A stretch of DNA of 63,901 nt, the filler included, from Octopus bimaculoides (lineage: Eukaryota): NCBI RefSeq assembly GCF_001194135.2. It is 6 parts of 6 records of this genome, joined end to end, with 100 filler letters (N's around TTAATTAATTAA, not from the genome) between each part and the next. Parts side by side here need not be neighbours in the genome. Positions count along the whole stretch, not along the records: positions 1 to 15,781 come from NC_068991.1; positions 15,882 to 20,752 come from NC_069010.1; positions 20,853 to 49,454 come from NC_068981.1; 3 more parts are not named here. One strand, 5' to 3'. Shown here piece by piece: positions 11,700 to 22,518 of the stretch (the first letter of the stretch is position 1; every line of letters begins with the position of its first letter). Made by a program: the position numbers and the translations under genes. Under the pieces are notes generated by a model. That model worked only from the letters and a program-made list of their open reading frames with translations. It searched no databases and was not told the DNA's origin.

Positions 11700-11999
11700 T
11701 GCGAGTAGAAGTAATCGACTTACCTCGGTTTTCCTTCCTTTGCATGAGTCTGTCCTGCGGTATCCGATCCTCGCGGCTCGCCCGACCCGAAGAACCCTAG
11801 AAATAGCAGCTGCTTCTCCCAACACCTAGACAATCACTCGGCACGTCCTCTCCTCATAACAAACCCGTTCGAAAAAAAAGGCACGAAGTCCCGATCGAGG
11901 CTCCCTCGGACCTTCTTCCTCTTCCCGTCAGCTCGCCGTTCCAGTCAGTTCACGGTTCCGGTCAGAGGTCAGCTCCCCAGTTGCTTACGTCATACCACA
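11700..11999 (-). mobile_element. Probable 3' LTR of the second Gypsy element (left boundary uncertain)
   Basis: On minus, a GC-rich block starting TGTGGTATG begins 32 bp after the integrase stop, behind a purine-rich AGGGTGGCG tract. Confidence 0.5.
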
Positions 12000-12031
12000 C
12001 GCCACCCTGATCTTAAAGATCACGTCTGCCC

Positions 12032-12858
12032 CTACTCCACTTCGAAGTCTGCCATCCAATCGGGAGGGCGCCTTACACGTCGAGATCTTCTCAAGCCAGG
12101 TGCCTTGTTTCCCTCTTCACGCTCTTCATCTGACGAAGTGGCTATCCTGCGCAGGTCCAGCACGTGACGCGGCATTCCATCCATGGATACATTTTTTCTG
12201 GAATTGACCGCTGTCACCGTTCCCCTGCCCCATTGCGACGTGCAGCATGCCTTTGGCGGCTTGACCCAAACTTCCTCTCCTACTTTCACACCGGCGGGTC
12301 CCTTCTCTTCCTCACAGTACTCCGGCGTCTTGCTGGGATGGCTCCATTCATACTTGAACACTGCTCTGTGCAGCACAAATTCTTTCACTTGTCCGGATCG
12401 GGGAGACATGTTATACCAGAAAACCACTTCCAGGGGCGAAATGTGCCCCCTTTCAGCCATGGCCTTGATCATCCGATGGTGCCTCTCTACGATTCCGTTG
12501 CCACTCGGCCTATACACTGCTCTGAACAATCGTCGCACCTTCCACGGGTCGAGCATCTCCCCAACACTTCCGAACGAAATGCCACCCCGTTGTCCATTAG
12601 AAGTTCTTCCACGGGACCCCTCTCCAAGAATATCTTGTTCAAAATCCGGGCGATCTCATCAGCAATGCCTGTCCTCAACTCCCTCCAAATGGCCAGCTGG
12701 CCCGGCCCGCAGTCGACCATGATGAGATACATTCCCTGACGGTAGTGCGTCACATCCACAGCTAGTCTCCTCCAGTTGCGCTCTACTGAGAGGTTCCTTT
12801 GTTCATGCCCACCCGGGGCGGGGTCAATAGACTGGCATCTGTCACAGTTCCCAACCAA
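12032..12858 (-). mobile_element. Ty3/Gypsy integrase remnant (frameshifted)
   Basis: CDRCQSIDP...WRRLAVDVTHY...VDCGP...LLMDNGVAFRS, then AVYRPSGNGIVERHHRMIK...LRRSRRVRRPPDW. Confidence 0.9.
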
Positions 12859-13089
12859 GCGTGTTTTTCTCTTTTTAATTTCGAATAAATTTTAACCAAC
12901 TACCTTATTGGTTGTGAAGGCAAGCATCTTGTTTTAACCATCATCCTTTAAATCTTAAGATCTTGCAGAATTTTAAAGTCGTGGTCATTAGTAGAGTATG
13001 AATTATATATGAATATATATATTGATTGTCAATATATCCTATATCCGAATAAGAAGCACACTCTAAAGTACAGAGCAGTAAACTATTAA

Positions 13090-13508
13090 AGTCTGGTCAT
13101 AGAGTTTCGCATCCACGAAAGCCGCAACTTTGAGGGTAGCTCATCAGACTCTATACAGAGACAAATTTAACTCTTCATTGGTCGGAGATGGGAGGATGTT
13201 ACGGTCAGTTGGTCGAAAGGTCATCAGAGGATTCTCCGTTCGCTGATTAAGCTCATCAGAATCCTTACGATCTGTTAGTAAGCCGGGAGATTGATCCCTA
13301 TTCCCCAAATTGGCTCGTCTAGGGGAGATAACCTGTGCTTACCAGCGCCGGAACTTTTTATCCTCTGATGACCTTTTGACTAATTGACAGTAACAACGTT
13401 CCGTCTCCGAGAGATGAGTTAGATTTGTCCTTGTATAGAGTCTGATCAACTGTCCACAATGTTACAGTTTCGTGGATGTGAAACCATTGATCAGCCTATA
13501 ACCAGACT
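13090..13508. mobile_element. Foldback/MITE-like element with ~150-bp imperfect inverted arms and TTAA flanks
   Basis: TTAA-AGTCTGGTCATAG...AGGTCATCAGAGGAT is mirrored by ATCCTCTGATGACC...CTATAACCAGACT-TTAA. AG...CT termini with TTAA fit Kolobok-type ends; the arms carry hammerhead-like cores. Confidence 0.75.
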
Positions 13509-13546
13509 TTAACATTAGTGCTTTAATATGAATATATATATATATA

Positions 13547-15558
13547 TTGGGTTGGCAACTAAGTTTCCGCCGTTTTTTTAAATTTTGGAATTTATTGCGG
13601 TTTTAAATTTTGGAATCTATTTTTTTGAGAATTCTATTTTTGAATCATTTTTTAATCTATTTTGTTTTTTTCTAGTTAATTTTTGTTTATTTTCAGATCA
13701 TTAAAATGGAACGTCAAGTTAAAAAAAACAAGCATTTTTGACACTTTCTNNNNNNNNNNNNNNNNNNNNNNNNNNNNNNNNNNNNNNNNNNNNNNNNNNN
13801 NNNNNNNNNNNNNNNNNNNNNNNNNNNNNNNNNNNNNNNNNNNNNNNNNNNNNNNNNNNNNNNNNNNNNNNNNNNNNNNNNNNNNNNNNNNNNNNNNNNN
13901 NNNNNNNNNNNNNNNNNNNNNNNNNNNNNNNNNNNNNNNNNNNNNNNNNNNNNNNNNNNNNNNNNNNNNNNNNNNNNNNNNNNNNNNNNNNNNNNNNNNN
14001 NNNNNNNNNNNNNNNNNNNNNNNNNNNNNNNNNNNNNNNNNNNNNNNNNNNNNNNNNNNNNNNNNNNNNNNNNNNNNNNNNNNNNNNNNNNNNNNNNNNN
14101 NNNNNNNNNNNNNNNNNNNNNNNNNNNNNNNNNNNNNNNNNNNNNNNNNNNNNNNNNNNNNNNNNNNNNNNNNNNNNNNNNNNNNNNNNNNNNNNNNNNN
14201 NNNNNNNNNNNNNNNNNNNNNNNNNNNNNNNNNNNNNNNNNNNNNNNNNNNNNNNNNNNNNNNNNNNNNNNNNNNNNNNNNNNNNNNNNNNNNNNNNNNN
14301 NNNNNNNNNNNNNNNNNNNNNNNNNNNNNNNNNNGTTGAAGAAGTGTTTCACGAGGTACAGTTCTAGGATTCGTGTATGAGCAGTTATAAAAACCCTGAT
14401 TTTCAGGAAACACTCCAGTGATCGTTGGACTGACACTCAAATCCACGACACTCACTCAAGTGATCGTTGGACTGTCACTCAAATCCACAACATTCAGTCA
14501 AGTGATCGTTGGGTTGCCATTCAAATCCACGACACTCACCCTCTTGAGTATCGGCTAATATCTATGCCATGTTCAATACTCAATTCCAACAATATTGAAT
14601 TGTTGTGAACTCTTGTAGCTAGAATGAAAGATTAGTTAGTATAATTTTTAAGTTGTAATTCTCTTCGACAAAATGACTTTATTTCTAATGGTTCTATAAA
14701 TGCTAAATGTACATAATAAACTAATGTAGAAATTTAATTCCTTTTACTTCTCGTTTCTTTCAACTTGTTGAATTTATTTCTGTATATTTATGAAACTATA
14801 TTTTTTTATGTGTAACGGTCAAAAGAATACGAATCTATATCTTCAACATACATGTAGGTATTGAACGCACGTTCAGCGTCTTGGTATGTATACATCATAA
14901 CATTTACACAGCCTAAACTAAGAGTTATGCTTAGTGATAAATACTTATAATTAAGTTATAAGTAACAAGATTATCATTATAGCTTTTAATTAAGAAGTAA
15001 TAATATTTGTTATAACTTACAATCGAAAACATTGTAAATAAAGATATAGTATTCACATCCCGACCTGTACAACATAAAAGAACCAAACAGTCAACGCGGA
15101 ACTCTATGTTCAACAGATGGAATGACTCAACACAGCTATTCAAGAGAAAAGACCTAATCGTCAGCATGGAGTTCTTCTGCTGTACAACAACGCCCGCCCT
15201 TATATCACCAATATGACCAAGGAAGCCATTCAAACGCATGGCTGGGAAGTGCTGCCACACTTGCTGTACTCTCCTGATTTGGCACCAATGGATTTCCATC
15301 TCTTTTGATCTCTTTCAAATACTATGTGCAGAGTTTCGTTCAATACTGACGCAGAATTGAGAGCTTGGTTGCATCAATTTTTCGAGTCGAAATCGGGTGA
15401 TTTCTACCAACGAGGTATTGAAAATCTTGTTGAACATTAGGAAAAAGTTGTAAACAACAAGGGTGAATACATTATTGATTAATTAGTTGTTATTTTTTAT
15501 TAAACCCTTTAAAAAATTTAAATTTTAAAAAATGGCGGGAACTTAGTTGCCAACCTAA
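13547..15558 (+). mobile_element. mariner DNA transposon, defective, both TIRs present
   Basis: TA-TTGGGTTGGCAACTAAGTTTCCGCC and GGCGGGAACTTAGTTGCCAACCTAA-TA. N-terminus MERQVKKNKHF at about 13706; C-terminus NNARPY...WEVLPHLLYSPDLAPMDFHLF...KGEYIID at about 15180-15480. An N gap lies inside. Confidence 0.88.
14418..14543. repeat. 42-bp minisatellite, about 3 copies
   Basis: GTGATCGTTGGACTGACACTCAAATCCACGACACTCACTCAA repeated at 14418, 14460 and 14502. Confidence 0.9.
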
Positions 15559-15570
15559 TATATATATATA

Positions 15571-15606
<36 letters not shown>

Positions 15607-16533
15607 ACACATTTGGTGGGTTACATGTATTGTTTAATAACAGTTTGATTTGGCTCCATGCAACTTAAAGTTTCATAGACTCATCAGGTTTAGGTGATTG
15701 AATCAGTTACCTAAGCCCTTGGGCAACTAAAAGCCTTGTGAAATTTAAAGATGTCCGTTTGTGTGTGTGTGTGTATATATANNNNNNNNNNNNNNNNNNN
15801 NNNNNNNNNNNNNNNNNNNNNNNNNTTAATTAATTAANNNNNNNNNNNNNNNNNNNNNNNNNNNNNNNNNNNNNNNNNNNNTATCTCAATAACCACATTA
15901 TTTAAAATAGTCCTTAATTTTCATGACTCAAATTAGGACGATATATTTAGAAGGTTGAACTCCTATGTAAGGGATCTTTAACAGTATAGTTTGTTGGTGT
16001 TTAGCCTCAGGTCAGCTGCGATTGAGGAGCCTTATGGCTAAAGATTAGTGGTTATGAATTCTATATGACAGATCAAAAAGTGACATGATGTTGATGAACA
16101 GAGAAAAGATGATAGAAGAAAAAAAAAATATTGACAAAAAAAAAAAAACAATGGCGCAGGAGTGGCTGTGTGGTAAGTAGCTTGCTTACCAACCACATGG
16201 TTGTCTTTGCTACCATACACATTCACTTTCTTTCTCCCCAAATATTGAATACTCTTAGCTTAGATTTTTGGGGCCAGCCAGATTTGAACAGTCTCAAGTG
16301 TAACAGGCCGAAACTGTAAGGATGATTCAGTAACTTGACTGATGAAAGAAGACTGTGAATGATCCATCCTTCTCTATATGGCCTGTGTGTTTTCTGTGCT
16401 CTGTTTATGTTGTTTCTCATTTTGTCCATGTTTTCTCGTGACGTCCTGTACCCAGATATGCATCGATATATAAATGTAGATGTAGGTATGTACATACATG
16501 TACATATATATACATATACTCACATATTATTTG

Positions 16534-16571
<38 letters not shown>

Positions 16572-17309
16572 NNNNNNNNNNNNNNNNNNNNNNNNNNNNN
16601 NNNNNNNNNNNNNNNNNNNNNNNNNNNNNNNNNNNNNNNNNNNNNNNNNNNNNNNNNNNNNNNNNNNNNNNNNNNNNNNNNNNNNNNNNNNNNNNNNNNN
16701 NNNNNNNNNNNNNNNNNNNNNNNNNNNNNNNNNNNNNNNNNNNNNNNNNNNNNNNNNNNNNNNNNNNNNNNNNNNNNNNNNNNNNNNNNNNNNNNNNNNN
16801 NNNNNNNNNNNNNNNNNNNNNNNNNNNNNNNNNNNNNNNNNNNNNNNNNNNNNNNNNNNNNNNNNNNNNNNNNNNNNNNNNNNNNNNNNNNNNNNNNNNN
16901 NNNNNNNNNNNNNNNNNNNNNNNNNNNNNNNNNNNNNNNNNNNNNNNNNNNNNNNNNNNNNNNNNNNNNNNNNNNNNNNNNNNNNNNNNNNNNNNNNNNN
17001 NNNNNNNNNNNNNNNNNNNNNNNNNNNNNNNNNNNNNNNNNNNNNNNNNNNNNNNNNNNNNNNNNNNNNNNNNNNNNNNNNNNNNNNNNNNNNNNNNNNN
17101 NNNNNNNNNNNNNNNNNNNNNNNNNNNNNNNNNNNNNNNNNNNNNNNNNNNNNNNNNNNNNNNNNNNNNNNNNNNNNNNNNNNNNNNNNNNNNNNNNNNN
17201 NNNNNNNNNNNNNNNNNNNNNNNNNNNNNNNNNNNNNNNNNNNNNNNNNNNNNNNNNNNNNNNNNNNNNNNNNNNNNNNNNNNNNNNNNNNNNNNNNNNN
17301 NNNNNNNNG

Positions 17310-17715
17310 ATGGCTACACCAGGCTCCAATCTGATTTGGCAGAGTTTCTACAGCTGGATGCCCTTCCTAACGCCAACCACCCAGAGAGTGTAGTGGGTGC
17401 TTTTACGTGTCACCCGCACGAAGGCCAGTCAGGCGGTACTGGCAAAGGCCACGCCCAAAATGGTGCGTTTTATGTGCCACCCGCACAAGAGCCAGTCCAG
17501 GGGCACTGGCAACGATCTCGCTCGAAAATCCTACGAAGGCCAGTCAGGCGGTACTGGCAACGGCCACGCTCAAACTGGTGTATTTTATGTGCCACCCGCA
17601 CAAAAGCCAGTCCAGGGGCACTGGCAACGATCTCGCTCGAAAGTCCTTACACATGCTGTGGGCACAAGTGCCAGAAAGGTTATGCTGGGCACAGGTGCCA
17701 TCACGATTTCGCTTA
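17310..17715 (-). mobile_element. RTE-tail element with an internal 115-bp tandem duplication
   Basis: 17310-17412 is the reverse complement of the 7218-7320 family. Units start ACGAAGGCCAGTC at 17418 and 17533. Confidence 0.72.
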
Positions 17716-18927
17716 TGAAAAATAACAAATAAGCTGCATGGAAACAAAATATTGAAGTTATGAGATAAACATTTACCTTTACTATAGTCCGTACGGGGTT
17801 CTGATGAGGTATGGTTGAAAGAACCTCACTGATGTTAGGAACCACCAATGATTCACCTATGGAATCAGGCTTACCACACTTTGCGATGTTGTAAAATGCA
17901 GTATGTCCATGAACGTTAGACACTTCAGCTTTAGAAAATGCTGAAGATAAAAAGCGTTGTTTTGTTGAAATAATCTTTTCAAACGTGATGGTTTCATCGC
18001 CTCATTAAAGACTCCTCGCAGACTAAACACATTGGTGACAGGTGGTTTAATGGTGATGGGATGAATTCAAGTCGCGAATACTCGATTGTCTGCATTTTTT
18101 CTTGATTGACGATGCCATAACTTTCTGGATGAAGTCACGCTACTGTTCACCTATATAAATAGATCAAAAGTTTTATAAACAAACTTGCTTTTATGAGTTC
18201 TACTAAGTGTGATAGTTTCAACAATTTAAATGGAATAACAGTGAATAACATTATTTACAATTGACGGATATTTGTCCTCATCTTGTTTGTGGTTAACGCA
18301 ATGTTAACACCGTTCGAAAACAAAAACAACCTAATTTCACGTGAATTACTTTGTCATATTACTGCAGGGAATTCCTCTGAAAGAAATCTTTACAGAAAGG
18401 TGAGTCGACTGATTACATATTTCTTTCATTATCTTATCGCAGTTTCGCGAGATTTTGCTGTTATTTCTAGCAACAAGTGGATAACCTGCTTGAAGGGCAA
18501 GGCCGGAGAATTGAAATTTTGGAAAATTTTTTTCTCAGAATTGGATCCTCCATAACCAAAAACGTGGGATTGCGTAAAAAAAAAAAAAANNNNNNNNNNN
18601 NNNNNNNNNNNNNNNNNNNNNNNNNNNNNNNNNNNNNNNNNNNNNNNNNNNNNNNNNNNNNNNNNNNNNNNNNNNNNNNNNNNNNNNNNGCTACTTACCA
18701 CACAGCCACTCCCGCGCCTATAATGACTGGTGAAATATCACAAGTTTCTGCTGCTGTTTCTAACGGCCAAAACTTCCAAATTATTCCTGAGATAGGAAAG
18801 CTTCAGGTTGAAATCGAAATTGAAATCCAATAAGCGACTCAGGTAAATATTACCGTGATAATTATTGTTTTAATTAATAATTTACAAACACATTTACATT
18901 GTAAAAACATTCATTAGACCTGCTTAA

Positions 18928-19536
18928 GGCGGCGAGCTGGTAGAAACATTAGCACGCCAGGCGAAATGCTTAGCAGTTTTTCGTCTGCTGCTACGTTCTG
19001 AGTTCAAATTCCGCCAAGGTTGACTTTGATTTTCATCCTCTTGGAGTCGATAAATTAAGTACCAGTTACACACTGGAGGTTGATGTAATCGACTTAATTC
19101 CTTTCTCTGTCCTTGTTTGTCCCCTCTGTGTTTAGCCCCTTGTGGGCAATAAAGAAATAAGAAACATTAGCACGCCGGGTGAAATGCTTAGCGGTATTTC
19201 GTCTGCCGTTACATTCTGAGTTCAAATTCTGTCGAGGTCGGCTTTGTCTTTCATCCTTTGAGGGTTGATAAATTAAGTACCAGTTGCAGACTGGGGTCGA
19301 ACTAATCGAGTGGTCCCCTCCCCCTAAATTTTAGGCCTTGTGCCTAGCACGCTGGCCAAAATGCTTAGCGGTATTTCGTCTGCCGCTATGTTCTGAGTTC
19401 AAATTCCGCCGAGGTCGACTTTGCCTTTCATCCTTTCGGGGTCGATAAATTAAGTACTAGTTGCGTACTGGGGTCGATTTAATCAACTGGTTCCTTCCCG
19501 CATAATTCCAGGCCTTGTGCCTAGAGTAGAAAAGAT
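18928..19536 (+). mobile_element. Head-to-tail trimer of SINE family A
   Basis: Three successive TAGCACGCC...GAAATGCTTAGC...GAGTTCAAATTC...GTCGATAAATTAAGTAC units starting at about 18928, 19161 and 19345. Confidence 0.9.
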
Positions 19537-19826
19537 TCATTAGAACTATTTCAAACATAGATGTCCTTCTATATAACTGTTTAACTTGTTTCAGTCATTT
19601 GACTGTGGCCATGCTGGAGCACCGCCTTTAGTCGAGCAAATCGACCCCAGGACTTATTCTTTGTAAGCCTAGTACTTATTCTATCGGGCTCTTTTGCAAT
19701 ATTTATATCATTTTATGTGAAGTTTTAGAACCATCATCTTCTGTATATTGTTGTTTACCTCATTTTATAAGTTTTCTTTTTTTAAACTGTTTTTCTTTCT
19801 TTTTTCACTTCTTTTATTCAAAAGAC

Positions 19827-19910
19827 ATGGATCTTCATAAGATTATTGAGAAAATCGATGGCGGTGACATTGAAGGTGCCAAAAACTCGATGAGAAAATA
19901 TTCAGACAAA
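19827..19910 (+). CDS. Ankyrin-repeat protein, first coding exon
   Basis: ATG...AAA gives MDLHKIIEKIDGGDIEGAKNSMRKYSDK, then GTAAGT (phase 0). A long pyrimidine tract and AG at 19823-24 lie just before the ATG. In frame with the next exon. Confidence 0.75.
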
Positions 19911-19941
19911 GTAAGTTGTCCTGTTTATTGCCTTCTCGGGT

Positions 19942-20105
19942 TTAACTATTTGTTTATTATCTTGTACACAATCTGAAATGTTCCTAACGACAGATATTTG
20001 TCAATGATATTTCATTTCTTTCTTTAACTATTTGTTTATTATCTTGTACACAATCTGAAATGTTCCTAACGACAGATATTTGTCAATGATATTTCATTTC
20101 TTTCT
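19942..20105. repeat. Perfect 82-bp tandem duplication in the ankyrin gene intron
   Basis: 19942-20023 is identical to 20024-20105. Confidence 0.9.
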
Positions 20106-20522
20106 TCAACTTCTCTCTTCCAATCCACATCCTTGTCACTTTTTATAAATGCTTAGCCAAACCTTGAAACTTACCAGAGTTTATTGGAATGCGAGTGAAT
20201 CCCATCATCATCATCACCATCATGCCTTGCATTGGAATATTCTGACAGGAAATATTCAGTCCAAAAGATGAGGGAGAGATGAAGTCAATAGATGGGGAGG
20301 TTAACTTTATCTCTCCTTTAAACATTGAATGGCTGTGAGGGGTTCACCAGAATAAAATAGTAATCAAAGGGGGTCCAGTGATAAAGAATAGTTGAGAACC
20401 ATGTTTTATATTGTTCAACCAACACAAGTAAATGGGTGAAAAACAAAATAGGAATTTTCAAAGAAGTTTCTATAAAACTAGTTCTTAATATACTTCAAAT
20501 TTTTTTACTTTTTTCACTCCAG

Positions 20523-20677
20523 GTTAATCAAACAAATTCATGGGGCAAAACTTATATGATGGCTGCTTCCGAATATGGCAACGCAGATTTAATAAACTTA
20601 TTGGTTGATGCTGGAGCTGGTTTGGACACGAGGGACAAAATTAATAGTTATACAGCTTTGCACTATGCTGCGGAATG
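20523..20677 (+). CDS. Ankyrin-repeat protein, second coding exon
   Basis: Pyrimidine tract and CAG acceptor; VNQTNSWGKTYMMAASEYGNADLINLLVDAGAGLDTRDKINSYTALHYAAE(W) has ankyrin G.T.L..A...G....V.LL..GA and TALHYAA motifs; GTAAGT donor (phase 2). Confidence 0.9.
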
Positions 20678-21206
20678 GTAAGTTCAGAATTAATTGAAAA
20701 TCTTCAGATCTGTTTTGTTTCTAAATTTCCTCCAATTCCAGACTCTTTTACTNNNNNNNNNNNNNNNNNNNNNNNNNNNNNNNNNNNNNNNNNNNNTTAA
20801 TTAATTAANNNNNNNNNNNNNNNNNNNNNNNNNNNNNNNNNNNNNNNNNNNNGGTACTTACTTTCATGTACCTTTTAAAAAAAAGCCTGAGGTGACCGTG
20901 GTCTTTTCCGTAGGCTTTTCTCTCCACGGATAAACCTAATCTGTTCCCCGATTTTACATCGACTGTGATACACGATCCCTATTGATCACCCCCCACCCAC
21001 GTTTTTTTTGTTTTTTTTTTCTTCCCTCGATCCCTTTTGATCGAAATCCCCACCTTTTTGTTCCGCGATCACTTTTGATCGAAATTATCCGCCCCCCCCA
21101 AAGAAAAGCTCTACTTTGTAATTTGTCCATTTTCTGTATTTAGCCCTGTGTGGCTATAATAAAAATATATCTATCTATCTATTTATCTGTCTGTCTTTCT
21201 GTCTAC

Positions 21207-21237
<31 letters not shown>

Positions 21238-22518
21238 CATGTGCATGCATGAACACAGACAGTCAAATACACACACACACGCACACACACGTACACATAG
21301 ACCCGTATATGTATATATTCAAATTTGTCCCGAACCTAGGTCACTTTAAGCTAGAGTTTATATGGTTTGTTAAGCGTTAATCTGTCGAAGAGCTAACCCT
21401 TATCTAGTACTTACACCCTTTTTTTAGCTAGTCTACAGCAATAAGAATGAAGTAACTTTCTCAAAGTCACAGCGCCTCGATCTGAAAATCGAACCCATGA
21501 ACTAAGGTCTAGAGCTTAACACACAAACATCTGCACCACGACCACGGACATATACATACACACACACATTCGCACTTCAACGCACCTCACACTCTCACTC
21601 AGACGCCCCCATGTGTGTGTGTGTGTTTGTGTGTATTTGATATTTCAAATATTGGCGAATTGATGCGTGTACTGCTCTAGTTTCCTTTAACTTTTACTTC
21701 GTGTCATTAATGATATGAAAGGAAAACCTCAACAGAAATTCGTAAATGATTGTTTTGACTAGAAGCAGCGATCAATATATTTCAACTTATTTGAACGCCC
21801 CGAAAAGAGAGAGAGAAAAAAGAGATAAAATGGAGCCAGTATAACAATATAATAACATAAATGATATTTCTTACAATTTCGTTATTGAATTATCAGTACC
21901 ATAGTAGGCTATATTCGGCAACGTTTAACAAGCGAATGATTAGAAACTTGAGCAATTTTCTTTGTATTCGTCTGACTATTTTCTTAATATTTTGTATATG
22001 AAAGAAAAAAAAATTGTATACACACACACACACACATGCATGTGTGTGCGTGTGTAAGCGTTTGTATATGCATGTGTGTGTATGTGTGTTAGTATGTATT
22101 AGATTTCTTTCTTCTATTGCCTTAAACATCATACATAGCGAGAAACTCTAACCAGTGACGGAGTGAACCTTCTGCTTTTAAATAATAAATCAACTCTACA
22201 AAATACACTTATCACTCTTTCTTCTATTGAATTTTTAAACATATATTTTGAGTATTTATGTATTGGTTAACATGTACCTGTAAAGAACTCAATATACATG
22301 TAAAGGCTTAACATTTTATTGATACGAAATCCAGGGTTTTCTAACTTTCGCCGAAATCTGATCGAGTTGACACATTTTTACTAATTTTCGAATACTGCAG
22401 GTGATATATTTTCTCCAAGATTTCTTTAAGGTATTTAAATTTGATTCGTGGTATTTTGTTTATTTTCTCTGTTTATTTAGATATTGTTCATACAATCTCT
22501 TACAATGAAATTCTCTAA

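Noticed and set aside
14418-14543. Regular 42-bp repeats resembling a CRISPR array
   Set aside because: No unique spacers, eukaryotic context, no cas genes; a minisatellite.
15655-15695. Other CTGAnGA...GAAA matches (here on minus; also about 7325 minus, 17805 plus, 49350 minus, 58540 plus)
   Set aside because: Each lacks at least two of the three helices or the NUH triplet; not called as hammerheads.
15826-15837. TTAATTAATTAA islands inside gaps (also 20797-20808, 49499-49510, 58233-58244, 62668-62679)
   Set aside because: Each sits in an identical 44N+12+44N (100-bp) block and has stops in all six frames; an assembler gap placeholder, not biology.
17336-17732. Three overlapping ORFs of 103-129 aa
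   Set aside because: A by-product of a GC-rich 115-bp tandem repeat in a retroelement; no protein motif.
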